Assembly: GCF_009914755.1 (NCBI RefSeq)
Contig: NC_060939.1
Length of the DNA stretch: 64,000 bases
Source of the DNA: the human T2T-CHM13v2.0 reference genome, Homo sapiens
Direction: 5' to 3' (one strand)
How positions within the stretch are numbered: position 1 is the first letter of the stretch; each line of letters opens with the position of its first letter. Below are positions 1-15,981 of the stretch, piece by piece. Under the pieces are notes generated by a model. It did not search any database. It saw only the letters and a program-made list of their open reading frames with translations, and had not been told where the DNA came from. The translations under genes and the position numbers were made by a program.

Positions 1-1422
1 CATTGGTCCTGCCTTGCCCTACATAACTCCACTCCTTAATGACTCCCCAGGTTATGAAGCAGCCTTTTTCAGGACTGACGCTGTCCCGCTTCTCAGCCCT
101 AGGAGAAGCTCCTAGAACTATATCTGCTCTTGCCCTCTTCCAGCACCAAGCTTCTGCCCAGCACAGGCTTGTCCACATTTTCCTTGACCCCTGGCAGCAG
201 CTATCTGATCTGTGTGTTTATTTGTCAAATGCTCAGAGCAAAGGATAAAAATATTACTCTTTCTTTAAAATCACATGCTACCATTATGCTAATAGCTGCT
301 TATGATCTTTTTGGTTCTAGCTTTTCTAGGCAGAGATATCCAGTGGGTTTTGAGGGAAAAGGGGTTCTTTTTTTTCAAGCCCAATATTGTAAGCACTTTG
401 GCGATCCTATCACATCTTTGAGGCACATTTCTGCCTTGGATTAGCAGGTATGGAAGAACACCACTTTCCAACAATCTGTCACCGAAATCGAGTCTTCCTA
501 AAACTCAGGTGGAAGCAACTGATAAGGCTCACAGCATCCAAAATTCAAGCCTAAAGGTATTTGAATCCGTTCCAGACCAAGAAACAGCCAAAGCCTGGGA
601 AACAAAACTAGCAGCACAACCACATGAAAAGTTTTACTAAGTGATACTTATCTTTATGTGCAATGTGCTTTGATATTATCCAGTCTGTTCTATTTTATTT
701 GTAAAAACCGGTTGCACTCATTAAATTGATTTCACTATTGGGCTGCATCCCATAGTTTTGAAAGCACTGCTTTTACCCATCCTAGCTGAAGAATTAAAGC
801 TAGTTAATGTCCTCAATAACAGGTTGAGAGTCAAGTAGGAAAAACACTGGAGACCTGGGGCCAAATCCCTGCTCTTCTACTGCCTTGCTAAGCAAGGGAG
901 GATGCATCGCTGTGCCTCACTTTCCGACTTAAATTGAAGTTGCCTGCTCTAACTCACAGGTCTATTAGAAGGATCTAATGAGATGAAAGACAGGTCTATC
1001 AGAGAGATCTAATGAGGTGAAAGATGGAGAGCACTTTGAAAATTTTCAAGCATCATTCAACTGTAAAGGGGTGGGGTCAGTCATCGAGAAGAAAGAAGGG
1101 CAGAATAATCTGTATTTACACGCTGCTTCTCTACAACTCAGCTGGGTTGCTTCTAGATGAGGCAGAGCCAAGGTGGGAGCTGAAAACAGCTGGGGTCATC
1201 ACTCTGACTAGTCCTAGTGATTGAAACCAACAAGAGGAAGAAAACAAAGGGATACTGACAAAGAGAAGGAATGTGTAGCACATCCTGAAATAAGCATCAT
1301 CTTATTGGCCAGCAATTTACCACTGAGCCACCAGCAACGAGGAACCAATGGCTCAATGTCCTACACTCTAAGATATACCACAGACTCACTCAATACTATT
1401 ACATATAAAAATATATGTCATA

Positions 1423-1834
<412 letters not shown>

Positions 1835-1884
1835 TTATAAAAGGGTTTCAGGATAGCCAGCTAAATGTCAGAAAGGTATATTAA

Positions 1885-2216
<332 letters not shown>

Positions 2217-2520
2217 AATAGGCTGTCTTTTCAACTTAACCATTATTTCTTAACTCAATTTACTGAGCTCAGAGTAGAACTCATTAAGAATAAGGCAAAG
2301 AAAATATTCTCTGTGCCTGGTTTCAGCATGTACAGATCTGAAAAAGAAGCAAGCCTACTTTCCCTGAGGGCCTACCTTTCATAAACCCTTTATCCTGGAG
2401 ACCTTTCTTTTCACACTTGAAAAGAAAGGGGTGGGATAGTAACTAAGCCAAAAGGTTAACAGATTCAATTTTTCTCATCTATTAGGCACTTAAGCTTTTT
2501 ATTTGCCTTGTCTTTTTAAG

Positions 2521-2650
2521 GGCCTGACATGGTGGCTCACACCTGTAATTTCAGCACTTTGGGAGGCTGAGGCAGGAAAATCACTTGAGTCCAGGAGTTC
2601 AAGACCAGCCTGGGTAACAAAGCGAGATCCCCATCTCTACAAAAAAATAA
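2521..2650 (+). mobile_element. Alu left monomer (FLAM/AluJ-like)
   Basis: Single Alu arm ending in an A-rich tract. Confidence 0.8.
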
Positions 2651-3431
2651 CCTTTTAAATAAATTTTTTAAAAGGTTATTTTAAAAGAGGGAGTAAAAAC
2701 ATTGAAATCTTTATAGAAGTTTCTGCACAACCATAGGCATCCCTGGATGAGACTAATTCAGGAGCCCTCATTTTTAAATGCACTTCTCAAAGTGCAGTAT
2801 TGTTCATTTGGAACATTTCACTGTAATTCTATTTACCTTTAGTAAGATTTTGCCATTTCTGTAAGTATTTGTTGCTTCCAAGGCCTAATACTTCTATATG
2901 TATGGGTAGGCATAGCCAGAAAGTAGAATACTCAATTCTTCAGAAAGTAAGGATCCCATTTTTACCTTGAATCTTGGCTTTGGCTCTCAGATTCCCTTGA
3001 TTAACTTAGCCTGTACTTTTTTCCCTAACTAAGTGCACAAGAAAAAGAAACAAAGGGAATAGAACACAAAAATCCCGCGAATCTCCAAAAGCCAAAGTTC
3101 ACACCCCCTGTAGTATTACCATTTACTGCCAATTTCTGGCTGGCTCAGTCAGACATCTGAGGTCTCTAACTGGATCCAAGCCAGTTAATTATTTCATTGA
3201 ATTTGATCCTGGACCTAGTCCAGCTTGTTATGACATCCAAATCCTGCTCAGACTTAAAATTTTGCTCAAACTTAGATAGCTCTAAACATAAATCTGTGGA
3301 GCTTCAGACTCCAAGAGAGAACTTACCCATGAGCCCCAGGTGCTGCAAGAGAGCAATGGACACAATGAGTCCAGCTGGTGTCACACTTGGTCACTCAGTG
3401 CTTCTGGGGGTTATGAGAAGCTCTACTTTGG

Positions 3432-3449
3432 ATCCCACTTCTGCCACCA
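3432..3449 (-). other. Retroviral primer-binding site, tRNA-Leu(CAA) type
   Basis: Minus strand TGGTGGCAGAAGTGGGAT, 1 mismatch to TGGTGTCAGAAGTGGGAT, 2 nt from the LTR end TTTTAACA. Confidence 0.75.
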
Positions 3450-3469
3450 CCTGTTAAAAGAAAACCCAT

Positions 3470-3985
3470 TTTCAGCTTTTCTGCTCTGGTTTCTCCCCAT
3501 CTTTGTGGTTTTATCTACCTTTGGTCTGTGATGATGGGGTTTTGGTGTGGATGTCGTTTCTGTTTGTTAGTTTTCCTTCTAACAGTCAGGACCCTCAGTT
3601 GCAGGTCTGTTGGAGTTTGCTGGAGGTCCACTCCAGACCTCGTTTGCCTGGGTATCACCAGCAGAGGCTGCAGAACAGCAAATATTGCAGAATGGCAAAT
3701 GTTGCTGTCTGATCGTTCCTCTGGAAGCTTCGTCTCAGAGGGGCACCTGGCCGTATGAGGTGTCAGTTGGCCCCTATTGGGAGGTGCCTCCCAGTTAGGC
3801 TACTCAGGGGTCAGGGACCCACTTGAGGAGGCGGTCTGTCCGTTCTTAGATCTCAAACTCCTTGCTGGGAGAACCACTACTCTCTTCAAAGCTGTCAGAC
3901 AGGGATGTTTAAGTCTGCAGGAGTTTCTGCTGCCTTTTGTTCAGCTATGCCCTGCCCCTAGAGGTGGAGTCTACAGAGGCAGGCA
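3470..3985 (-). mobile_element. L1PA inverted segment (3' part of 5'UTR plus first ~30 nt of ORF1)
   Basis: Reverse complement matches the L1 5'UTR and ATGGGGAGAAACCAGAGCAG; homologous to 59504-59942. Confidence 0.92.
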
Positions 3986-5811
<1,826 letters not shown>

Positions 5812-6402
5812 AAAAGAAAACCCATAGACAAATTAAATTTAACAGGGTTTCACTGAGGAAAGAATGATTCACAAACTCGGCAGCCCTAGAATCAGAATAG
5901 GTTCAGGGAGACCCTGGTGTTGTCACATGGTAAAAGATTTATGGACCAAAAAAAAAAAAAAAAAAGAAAAAAGAAAGAAAGTGATGTACAGAAAATAAAA
6001 GTGAGGTACATAAGCAGCTGGATTAATTATAGTCTGGCATTTGCCTTATTTGAACCAAGTTTGAAAAGTAGGCTGTCTTTGATTGGCCAAAACTCAGTGA
6101 CTGGTACAAGAGTAGGCTACAGCCTTTTTACACATCCACTTTAGTTACAGTTTACTAAGTATGGTGAAACCTTTAGGCCCAACTAAAATATTTAAGGGGG
6201 CAGCTTTAAGCTAAGCTTAATTTAACGTAACAAAAGTGCCTTCCCAAGCCCCCCTGACCAGCCAACTGATTTTCAAGCCTCCTGGGAGCCAACCATCCTC
6301 TAAAGTAGGAAGGCTTTGTTCCTCAGTGGGTATTCTCTAGAAACATAAGAACCCAGTCAGGGAATGAGCCACCTTCGTGTTTAAGGGAAGGAAGAATTGA
6401 AA

Positions 6403-6680
6403 GCCAGGCATGGTGGCTCATAGCTGTAATCCCAGTGCTTTGGAACTTGAGGCCAGGAGTTCAAGGCCAGCCCAGGCAACATAGTGAGACTCCATCTCTA
6501 CAAAGCATTTAAGAATTAACTGAGCATGGTGGCATGCACCTGTAGTCCTAGCTACTCGGGAGGCTGAAGCAAGAGGATCCTTTAAGCCCAGAGTTCAAAG
6601 TTATAGTGAGCTATGATTGTGCCACTGCATTCCAGCCTAGACAACAGAGCAAGACCCTATCTCTAAAATAAAAAATAAAA
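6403..6680 (+). mobile_element. AluJ
   Basis: Diverged dimeric Alu. Confidence 0.85.
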
Positions 6681-6799
6681 GAGGTAGAGGGAACAAGCAA
6701 AGAAGTATTTCTACTATTATCTAAGAGTCTTCCCAAATTCTGAAAGAAGTTTTGCCTGAATCATAAAGATGAATAATGATAATGGAAAAAGTATCAAAG

Positions 6800-7060
6800 T
6801 CATGGGAAACAGAAATATGTCACATGGACAGAGAGCCAAGTACTGTTTTAAGGGCTGTATATGTACAAACTATTTTGACCCTCACAAAACCCCTATATGG
6901 TAGGTACTTTCACCATTCTCAATTGCTAATGAGAAATTGGAGCACAGAGAAGTTAAGTGACCTGCCCCTGGTCAAACAGCTAAGAAGTGGCAGAGCTGAG
7001 ATTTGAACCTAGACTGTCCGGCTGGAGTGGGGCCTCTGAGCTTCTAGGCACCGCTGCCTC
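6800..7060. mobile_element. MIR remnant
   Basis: GAGAAATTGGAGCACAGAGAAGTTAAGTGACCTGCCC...GGCAGAGCTGAGATTTGAACC core. Confidence 0.7.
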
Positions 7061-8559
7061 ATGCAGTTTGATCCTATCAATAATAATAGCAAAGACATAA
7101 AGAGCATGTTCCCATTAACAAAGTGCTCTCATTCACTTACTCAAAAAAACATTTTTGGTGTAGCACCCCCACCAGGCGCAGGCCCAGAGATAGAGTGGTG
7201 AGCAAGTAATACACAGGTCCTGCCCTCATGGTGCTTTCTCTTGAGCAGTGGAGACAGATCAATCAGCTGCTCTTAAAAGTAAGTGTATAAGAGCAGTGGT
7301 AAGTGCTCTAAAGGAATAGGCATCACAGCCACTGCTCTCTGAAACAAATATTATTTTCATCATTTCACAGATGAGGACATTGGGATTTCAGAGTGAAATG
7401 CAACATAACAAAAAATTCACAGAACTTAAGATTTTTTAGTTGTATTTCTTTTTGAGATATACAGATTTAATATATCTACATGATTTGGCATTCAAAAGAT
7501 ATTAGAAGGCAGTCAGAAAATGTCTCCTTTCCTCCCCTGGCCCCAGGATCCCAGTCCCCTCCCAAAGACAATCAGCATTGCCAGTTTCTTGGGTGTCTTA
7601 TCAGAGACAGGCAGCAACAATCACACACACACACACATTTTCTTTCTTTGCACAACTTCAGCACGCTGCACCCTTGGTTTTTTTTTTTTTCTTCTAACAA
7701 ATTAATCCACAGTGAGCCTCCCCATCTTCTTCATGGCTGCGTGGCATTTCGTTACATGGGTGGCCCACACTGTTTTTAGCCAGTTTCCTACCAGTGGTCA
7801 TTTAGGTTATTTTCAGTCTTTTAACTAGCAAAACAAAGCTGCAGAGAGCCACTAGATATATAAACCATTTCATACTCATGCAAGCGTATCAGCATGATGA
7901 ACTCTCGGAAGTGGAATTGCTGGGTGTATGGCCATAAGCATTTGTCATTTTGATTGATATTAACCACATTGTCCACCATTAAGATGTCACCAGTTTATGT
8001 TCACCCAGCGGTAGATGCCCATTTCACCAAACTCCAACACAGTGAAAACACACTGCTGGGAAAATCCAGTGACCCAGGAGCTCACTCCATCACTCTCCCG
8101 CTGTGGGTCTTTGGGCAGCCCTCTCAACCTCTCTGATCCCCAGGCATGTCCTCAGAAAAGTGGGCTTCATAGTGACCCCTGTTCTGTGTTCCCGTGGTGT
8201 CTAACACACAGCACTTTGGTGACTAGGTGAAAGAAACTGGAGCTCCACAGGAGAGCAGCTCATGAGAGATGTCCCCAAGGCCAGGGCCACGAAGGCCAAC
8301 TGCAGTGAACCAGGGGCCAGACAGGACACCTCAAAGCAAGCAGCAGCAAAATGGTTTAGGCTCTGGAGTAGACGGGCCACCCAACAAGCTGTGTGGCCTT
8401 AGGCAAGCTGCTTACTCTCTTCTTTCCTCCTCTGAAAAATCCCTGAAACTAGAGGCAGGCCAGCAAATGCACGTGAAGCACCAAGCACACAGCAGAGGCT
8501 CCAATTCCAGTTACGGCTGCTGTGGGCACCCCATGTCCCCAGCACTTCCCATTCATGCA

Positions 8560-8921
8560 CACCAGCAACTCTACTGAACACGAGGAGCCTGCCTCTGCCT
8601 TGCAGGCAGGAAGATGCTGGGAGCAGCCCTCAACCAATGAAGGATGGCAGCTGGTGACAAAGAATCCAGCTTCTTTGCATCTGGGGGAAAGAACTCCGCA
8701 GTGTGTTTGATGCGATCTCCTTGAGGTCCTCCGTGGTACCACATCCCAGGTGCCCACAGCGACAACTAGCTCTTCAACCTGCCCTGTTGGCTTCCTTCCT
8801 TTCCCTATTCTCGCCTTCCCCCTCCTGCCCCATCGATGCTCCCCGAGACTGCCTCCCAAATCATCTATTAGCACTCAAACCCTAACTCAAGGTCAGCTTC
8901 TGAGGGAGCCCAGCCTAAGAC
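8560..8921 (+). mobile_element. ERVL LTR16-like LTR remnant
   Basis: 3' end CTCAAGGTCAGCTTCTGAGGGAGCCCAGCCTAAGACA resembles LTR16 families; left edge approximate. Confidence 0.5.
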
Positions 8922-9282
8922 AGTTGTTATTACTACACTTAATATAATAGATATGTCCCTATGTGTAATTGCCATAGGTATCATTATATGTAAAATATAT
9001 ATGTTGTTATTGGTTAGGAAAAAGACCCCAAAAACAGAGGGAAGGACAAACAAGGAGGGAGCAGTGGTGACACAGAGCCCCTTCGATGAGGCAAGACACC
9101 AGGGAAAGGCAGCCACCACCTCAGCCAGGTCTGTGGCTCTCACATTCTAGAACAGCATCTCTTAACACGTGTGTCATAGATGTTCAGTGGGGCCCGAGGT
9201 GAACTGCGAGACACCACTCTCCTCTAAGCCTCCTGCCCTGGAGGGGCAGGACCAGTGTGTCTTCTTTTCTTTCAACTGTATT

Positions 9283-9875
9283 TTTTCAATTGTAGTTGAA
9301 AAAAAAAACCCAAAACATAAAATTTACCATCTTAACTATTCTTAAGGGTACGCCTCAGTAGTATTAAATACATTTGCAGTGTTGTGCTACCATCACCACC
9401 ATCCATCTCCAGAACTCTTTTTATCTTTTGGTTTGTTTTGAGATGGTGTCTCACTCTGTGGCCCAGGCTAGAGTACAGTGGCGTGATCTCTGCTCATTGC
9501 AACCTCCACCTCCTGGATTCAAGCGATTCCCCTGCCTCAGTCTCCTGAATAGCTGCAATTACAGGTTTGTACCATCATGCCTGGCTAATTTTTGTATTTT
9601 TAGTAGAGACAGGGTTTCATCATGTTGGCCAGGCTGGTCTCAAACCTCTGACCTCAAGTGATCTACCTGCCTTGGCCTCCCAAAGTGCTGGGATCACAGG
9701 TGTGAGCCACCATACCCAGCCCTTTTTATCTTGTAAAACTGAACTCTATACCTATTAAACAATAACTCCCCATTTTTCTCTCCCACCAGCCCTGGGCAAC
9801 CACTGTTTGACTTTGTCTGTATGAATTTTACTACCTTCAGATCCCAATGTAAGTGGAATCATACAGTATTTGTCC
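9283..9875 (-). mobile_element. L1MB 3' end, interrupted by AluS (9437-9722, -)
   Basis: AAAATTTACCATCTTAAC...CCATCCATCTCCAGAAC...GTGGAATCATACAGTATTTGTCC. Confidence 0.8.
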
Positions 9876-11857
9876 TTTGCAACTGGGGTGGGACAATTCT
9901 CTAGCATATTCCGCCATCCCTGCAGAACTCAACCTCCAGCTGCCCACGGTGGGAGCAAGCTCAGTAACACCCCTTTACTGGCTGCCTGCCCTCCCGTCTC
10001 ATTTCCTCAAATCCCTACAGGATTTGCTTCTGGGGGAACTCAAACTTAGGCAATTGAGCACCTGCCAAGGTGCCACAATTGAACACATACTAGAGGCTTT
10101 ATATATGTTGCACAGCATCTATCAAGAAACAAAAATAAAAGACATTGCTCATGCATGAAGAGAAAGGTCAGCCCTTTGTTTCAAGACAAATGTCCACAAT
10201 CACAAAGGGAAGAATGTTCCAACTCTGAGGCCAAGCCAGGTGAACAGAATGTGACTGAGCAGATCCTTTTCAGGTTACACATTCTCTGACAGAAGGAACA
10301 AAAAGACCAACTTTCCAATGGAGGGAGAACCAGGTTTCCAAAGGATAGCAAATGCATTGTTTATTGTCTGGGGTTGGTCCCATTGTTGAGCACACATTCC
10401 TTGGAGAAAACGTTTTGCCAAGATGATTGAGGTTTAGTCTGCCCAGCTTTTGAAAATCTGCCCTTTCCTTGCTCCAGGGTTGGCCTGAATTCACCATCAC
10501 AGGTAAGGAAGCAAAAAGCAGAGGCCTCTTCACCCGTTCCAGGAAAGGCACAGTGAACTCCAGTTAAGTTTGCGAGCTGGATCATTAGCGTCTCATTAAT
10601 GACTTCAATCTCTCACAAACACAGGGAAGACACAGAAAACCACTGTCTGAGCCACGAGCTGTAATTGCTGCTGTCCTTCTAAGCAGGGGAAAAGCAGACC
10701 ACGCTTTGTGGCTTCTTAAAAGCCCTGTTCGTTAATGAGGTTTCCTAATTTAGGGCAGAAGAAAACTTCTGGGTTATTATTAGGCTACAAATGGAGGCAT
10801 GTGTTTCATTTAATCGCCCTACTTAACAAAAGAAACTTTGCTTTTGTAAATTAAAGAATTATTTTTAAGTGTTAGAGGCCTCTGGATAACCTTGAATAAA
10901 GCCTCAAACATGATCAGGCCTTGGTGGCCAATCTAGAAATCTAACAGACCAGGGCAAATGATCCCAAAGGTTTTGTCCAGCTTTAACAATCTGTGGTTTG
11001 CAAGGACAAGTGGTTTCAAAGGCTTTGCCCAGCTCTAATAACCTATGGTTTTGTTGATACCACCTCCTCCCTGCCTCCGACAGAGGTCCCTTGCAGATAC
11101 TGAGCCTTCAAAATCCACGTCTTAATTGTATCTATTCTATTAATAACTCTTGGGGTCTTTAGATGCTGTTGGCAACCACAGCACCTCTTATCTGCTTGGG
11201 ATCCCGTGCAAGTTGCGCACAGAGGATCCCATCTGTGGGCTCAGAAGCACAAAGGGAACAGCAAAATCTTCTATCTGCCATCTATGGGGAAAAAAAAAGG
11301 TAATTACCTCTGTCAGTTGCATATGTTGAGTCACCCTGAGACAATGGAGGTCTTCTTCAGGCTGAATTTAACATCACAAATCATCACCTTAAATGCATGG
11401 GTACTGGAGAGGCGTAGCCAGGTATTATGAAGGCTTTAAAACCCATACTCATAAAATATAACAGAAAAATTCGTCTTTCAGGTTTACAACCAACAAAATC
11501 TGTGATATCTCTTTTGTGAATGCTTTTAATGTTCTCTGCAGAGCAGCGAGCAGTAGACCCTGGTGCAAATGTGGGGTTGAGCAGCTCCCTGACTGATAAG
11601 CCAGACTTCAGGCTCATTCTGGAGTCTTCCAAGACCCCTGGGTTACAAGCAAAGTCAGGTTGATTGCATTTGGTTTGAAGTCAATTCTGCAACCCAGGTG
11701 TTTGGGGCTTTCCTTTTGTACGGTTTGCTCTAGAAGGGCGGTAACCCTGTAATGACCAGCTACCTTCATGGGTTCTTTGTTTGAGGTCATCACGGAGACA
11801 ACACAGAGTGTCCTTTGAGGCTCTTTTTGTGGTGTTCGCTCTTTCTGTTTTTGTTTT

Positions 11858-12176
<319 letters not shown>

Positions 12177-14588
12177 TGACCCCCAAATCACCCCCATTCT
12201 CAACCCTAACCCAAATTGCCTCGAAGAGCCTGGATCAACCCCTGGGGGAGTCAAAAGAGGCTGCCTCGTGTCCAGCTGGAGCCAGGCGCTGTGAGGCAGA
12301 CAGATAGCAGAGGGTCCTCACTCTCAAGGGCTTTGGGCTGACACCCATGCCCTGCCTCCCCTCTGCTTTCCCAGTTCCTGCCAGTCATGGCCTCCCAAAC
12401 CTGCTGACTTCCTGTGTTCTCTGACTCAGTGAATGGCACCAACATCCCCTAATCTCCAAGTTACCAAGTCAGAAACCTGCAAGTCATCTTTGATTTCAAT
12501 CAAACCACCTCTTGGTCCTCCTCTTCAATCTGTTCACTCAGAGGTGCCGCAGGATGTAACGGGATGTGCACTATGCAGTTGTAAGGGCGATACCCTCTGG
12601 AGCTGGCAGCGGAAAAGGGCACGTTCCACTCCTTCCTATTTCCGTCATCTTAGCTCTAACCTCCATCTGCACCCTGGAAGAGAGTCAGCCCGGTCTGGAG
12701 GAGGGCAGTCCTGGCGCCTGCCTGAGTTTTGCCCCACCCACCCAGTCTCCACAGAGTCATCTCTTGAAAAGTCATCTCTTACCACGTCACTCCCTGCTTC
12801 AAACCCTCCCTCCAGTGGATCCTATTGTCTTCAGGATAAGATCCTAACTCCCTGGCAAGGCTTACAAGACACAAGAGGCTCAGCATGACTTGGCCCCTGC
12901 TTCCCTCTTCAACTTCAACTTAGGACTACACAACCACTATGGGAGACCTTATATTCCAGCCATGTGAGCATCAGGAGATTCTCAGACTCTCCCACATCAT
13001 TACTCACCTTAGGGCCTTTGCATTAATTGTTTCCTCTGCCTAGGCCTCGACCACCCAGCTCCCACTCACCTCTGCCCTTACTTCATGGTTCACCTAGCTA
13101 AACTCCTATGCACCCCTCAGGACCCAGCTCAAACATCACCTCCTCCAGGCTGTACTCCCTGACCAGAATTGCCTGCATCCTCTCTCTCCCCAACTTGAGT
13201 CTAGTCTGGCTTCTTCACCAAAGGGCCTGTAAGAACAAAAAGCAGATCGAATTCATAAGCTCAATAAATAGTTACTGCATGCCAGACGGGGGTCTCCCAG
13301 GCCCCCCGACTCCTCAAGCCCTCTGAATGGTTGAAGAACCTCCTGTTGCAACTCTTCCCCTAGAAAAGAATTTCTTTGCAGCATGCCCACTTCAGGAAGC
13401 TCCCAGTGCTGCGTGAAATCTCACCAGCTCAGCACTGGCCTCTGCCCTTCCTCCTGGCCAGCCGCCCCCTTCGCCTCTCTGCTCTCAGCCCCATCAGCCT
13501 GGGCCCCCCTCGAGCTCAAGCCTCTCCAAGACTGTTTCTGTTGCTCTCTAATTGCTCAGTGGAGATACCATCTCTTCCTTTACCAATTGTTCCTGCACAG
13601 TAAAGAGAAACCACCTGGCAAAGATCCAAAAACCAATCATCCTACAAAGTTATCACTGGCTCCTTGAAAGAAAATCGGACCTATGTCCTGCCCCAGGCTC
13701 TCTCTCCTCCCAAGCTTTCTGACTCCTCAGTGAACCTGTTGCACTCTATTTCAAAAATATTTCCTGCTCCGTTCAAATTGCAAAGGGTGAACACATTTAA
13801 TGAAGTCCGAGACGACCCATTTCCCCCAAGCATCCTACCATGTGTCTAGTAATGACAACACTTGGCCTCTTTATCAAACCCACCAGCTCCTATGCCTGCA
13901 GCCGGCAGCCTCTGCTTGCCCCAGGGGGGAGTCCTTCTCAGCAGAAGCTGCCCTGAGCAGATCAAATCTTCGGATATCATTCAGGTGTCCTGCTCAGTCT
14001 GTTCCTAACCAAGCCTGGGGCAGGAACCCTGGCACAGGTGGTGGTGTTCAGAGGAAAGAATGTGGGCCAGGAGCCTTGAATGGTCCCAAGGGCCTAGGAT
14101 GATGCTAGGTGACACTGATCTGTTCCAACTAAGACTCTTACTCTTGGGAATCAGCTTAGTAGCTTCCAGTGACAGTCCCAGACTCTGGCACTGAGAGGAA
14201 CTCAAGAAACCACTGAGTGCAGGGCTCACGGTGAGCACCTCTTTGCTAAACATGCCTCATATGAGGACAGGATGTCAGTAATGTTGTGGTGGGGAAGAAA
14301 GATGTTGGCAAAGGGAGGTAGAAGGCCCTCTGCAGCCAGATGGACCTAAGCACCTCCCTGGTTCACTAATTTCTGCATTGAGCTTCTGTATACACCGATA
14401 CCATTTTTGACTATTACTGTATGCCGGGAACTGTGCTGAGAGCTAGCTATACATACCTTAGTTCATGTCTTCCTCTAACCCACCCAGGTGGAAGGAATAT
14501 ACTATGAACCCCAACCGACAGGTAAAGACATTGAGATTTAGGGCAGCTGTAACTCACTAGTATCATCGAGAGTCCACCAGGGCACTGG

Positions 14589-15871
14589 TGTGTCCGGAAT
14601 TGGTGGGTTCTTGGTCTCACTGCAAGAATGAAGCCGCGGACCTTCGCGGTGAGCGTTACAGTTCCTAAAGGCGGCGTGTCCGGAGTTTGTTCCTTCTGTT
14701 GTTCGGATGTGTTCAGAGTTTTATTCCTTCTGGCGGCTTCGTGGTCTCACTGGCTTCAGGAGTGAAGCTGCAGACTTCGCGGTGAGTGTTACAGCTCTTA
14801 AGGCACCGCAGCTGGAGTTGTTCGTTCCTCCAGGTGGGTTCATGGTCTCGCTGGCTTCAGGAGTGAAGCTACACACCTTCGTGGTGAGTGTTACAGCTCA
14901 TAAAGGCAATGTGGACCCAATGAGTGAGCATCAGCAAGATTTATTGTCAAGACCGAAACAAAACCACTGCGGCCTCGGGCAGCCTGCTTTTATTCTCTTA
15001 TCTGGCCCCACCCACATCCTGCTGATTGGTCCATTTTACAGAGAGCTGATTGGTCCGTTTTGACAGGGTGCTGATTGCTGCCTTTACAATCCTTGAGCTA
15101 GACACAAAAGTGCTCCACCTCCCCACTAAATCAGCTAGATACAGAGTGTGATTGGTGCATTCACAAACCCTTAGCTAGACACAGGGTGCTGATTGGTGTG
15201 TTTACAAACCTTTAGCTAGATACAGAGGGCCAATTGGTGTATTTACAATCCCTTAGCTAGACATAAAGATTCTCCAAGTCCCCACCAGACTCAGGAGCCC
15301 AGCTGGCTTCACCCCGTGGATCCCACACCGGGGAGGCAGGTGCACCCGCACTCCTCAGCCCTTGGGTGGTCGATGTGACTGGGCACCTTGGAGCAGGGGG
15401 CGGTGCTCGTCGGGGAGGCTCGGGCCGGGCACAGGAGCCCACCGCAGGGAGGGGAGGCTCAGGCTTGGCGGGCTGCAGGTCCCAAGCCCTGCCCCGCGGG
15501 GAGGCAGCTAAGGCCCGGCGAGAAGTCGAGCACAGCAGCTGCTGGCCCAGGTGCTAAGCCCTTCACTGCCTGGGGCTTGTGGGCCGGCCGGCCGCTCCAA
15601 GTGCGGAGCCCGCCGAGCCCACGCCCACCCGGAACTCGCGCTGGCCCGCAAGCGCCGAACGCAGCCCGGGTTCCTGCCTGCGCCTCTCCCTCCACACCTC
15701 CCTGCAAGCTGAGGGAGCCGGCTCCGGCCTTGGCTAGCCCAGAAAGCGGCTCCCACAGTGCAGCGGCGGGCTGAAGGGCTTCTCAAGTGCCGCCAAAGTG
15801 GGAGCCCAGGCAGAGGAGGTGCCGAGAGCGAGCAAGGGCTGCAAGAGCTGCCAGCACGCTGTCGCCTCTCA
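14589..15871 (-). mobile_element. Solitary LTR12 (HERV9 LTR, LTR12C/D-like)
   Basis: Minus strand TGAGAGGCGACAGCGTGCTGGC...GAGACCAAGAACCCACCAATTCCGGACACA; 4-bp TSD CTGG at 14585-14588 and 15872-15875; tandem U3 repeats. Confidence 0.95.
14940..15260 (-). promoter_or_regulatory. LTR12 promoter: CCAAT (NF-Y) repeat array, TATA-like AATAAAA and poly(A) signal
   Basis: Repeated GCTGATTGGT units from 15021 onward; TTTTATT at 14988-14994; TTTATT at 14940-14945. Confidence 0.75.
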
Positions 15872-15981
15872 CTGGCATTCTCCCTCAGGCCCGTCACACA
15901 CCAGATACCACGCTCGTAACCACTGGGCCACGCTGCAGAGTCTCCTGACTAGGGAGCTAAACAATAAATAAATGTGGCCTA

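Noticed and set aside
3432-3449. tRNA-Leu 3'-end match
   Set aside because: Only 18 nt long and adjacent to an LTR, so it is a primer-binding site rather than a tRNA gene.
15020-15260. Regularly spaced ~40-bp repeats resembling a CRISPR-like array
   Set aside because: These are the known LTR12 U3 CCAAT-containing tandem units, with no unique spacers, in a eukaryotic context.
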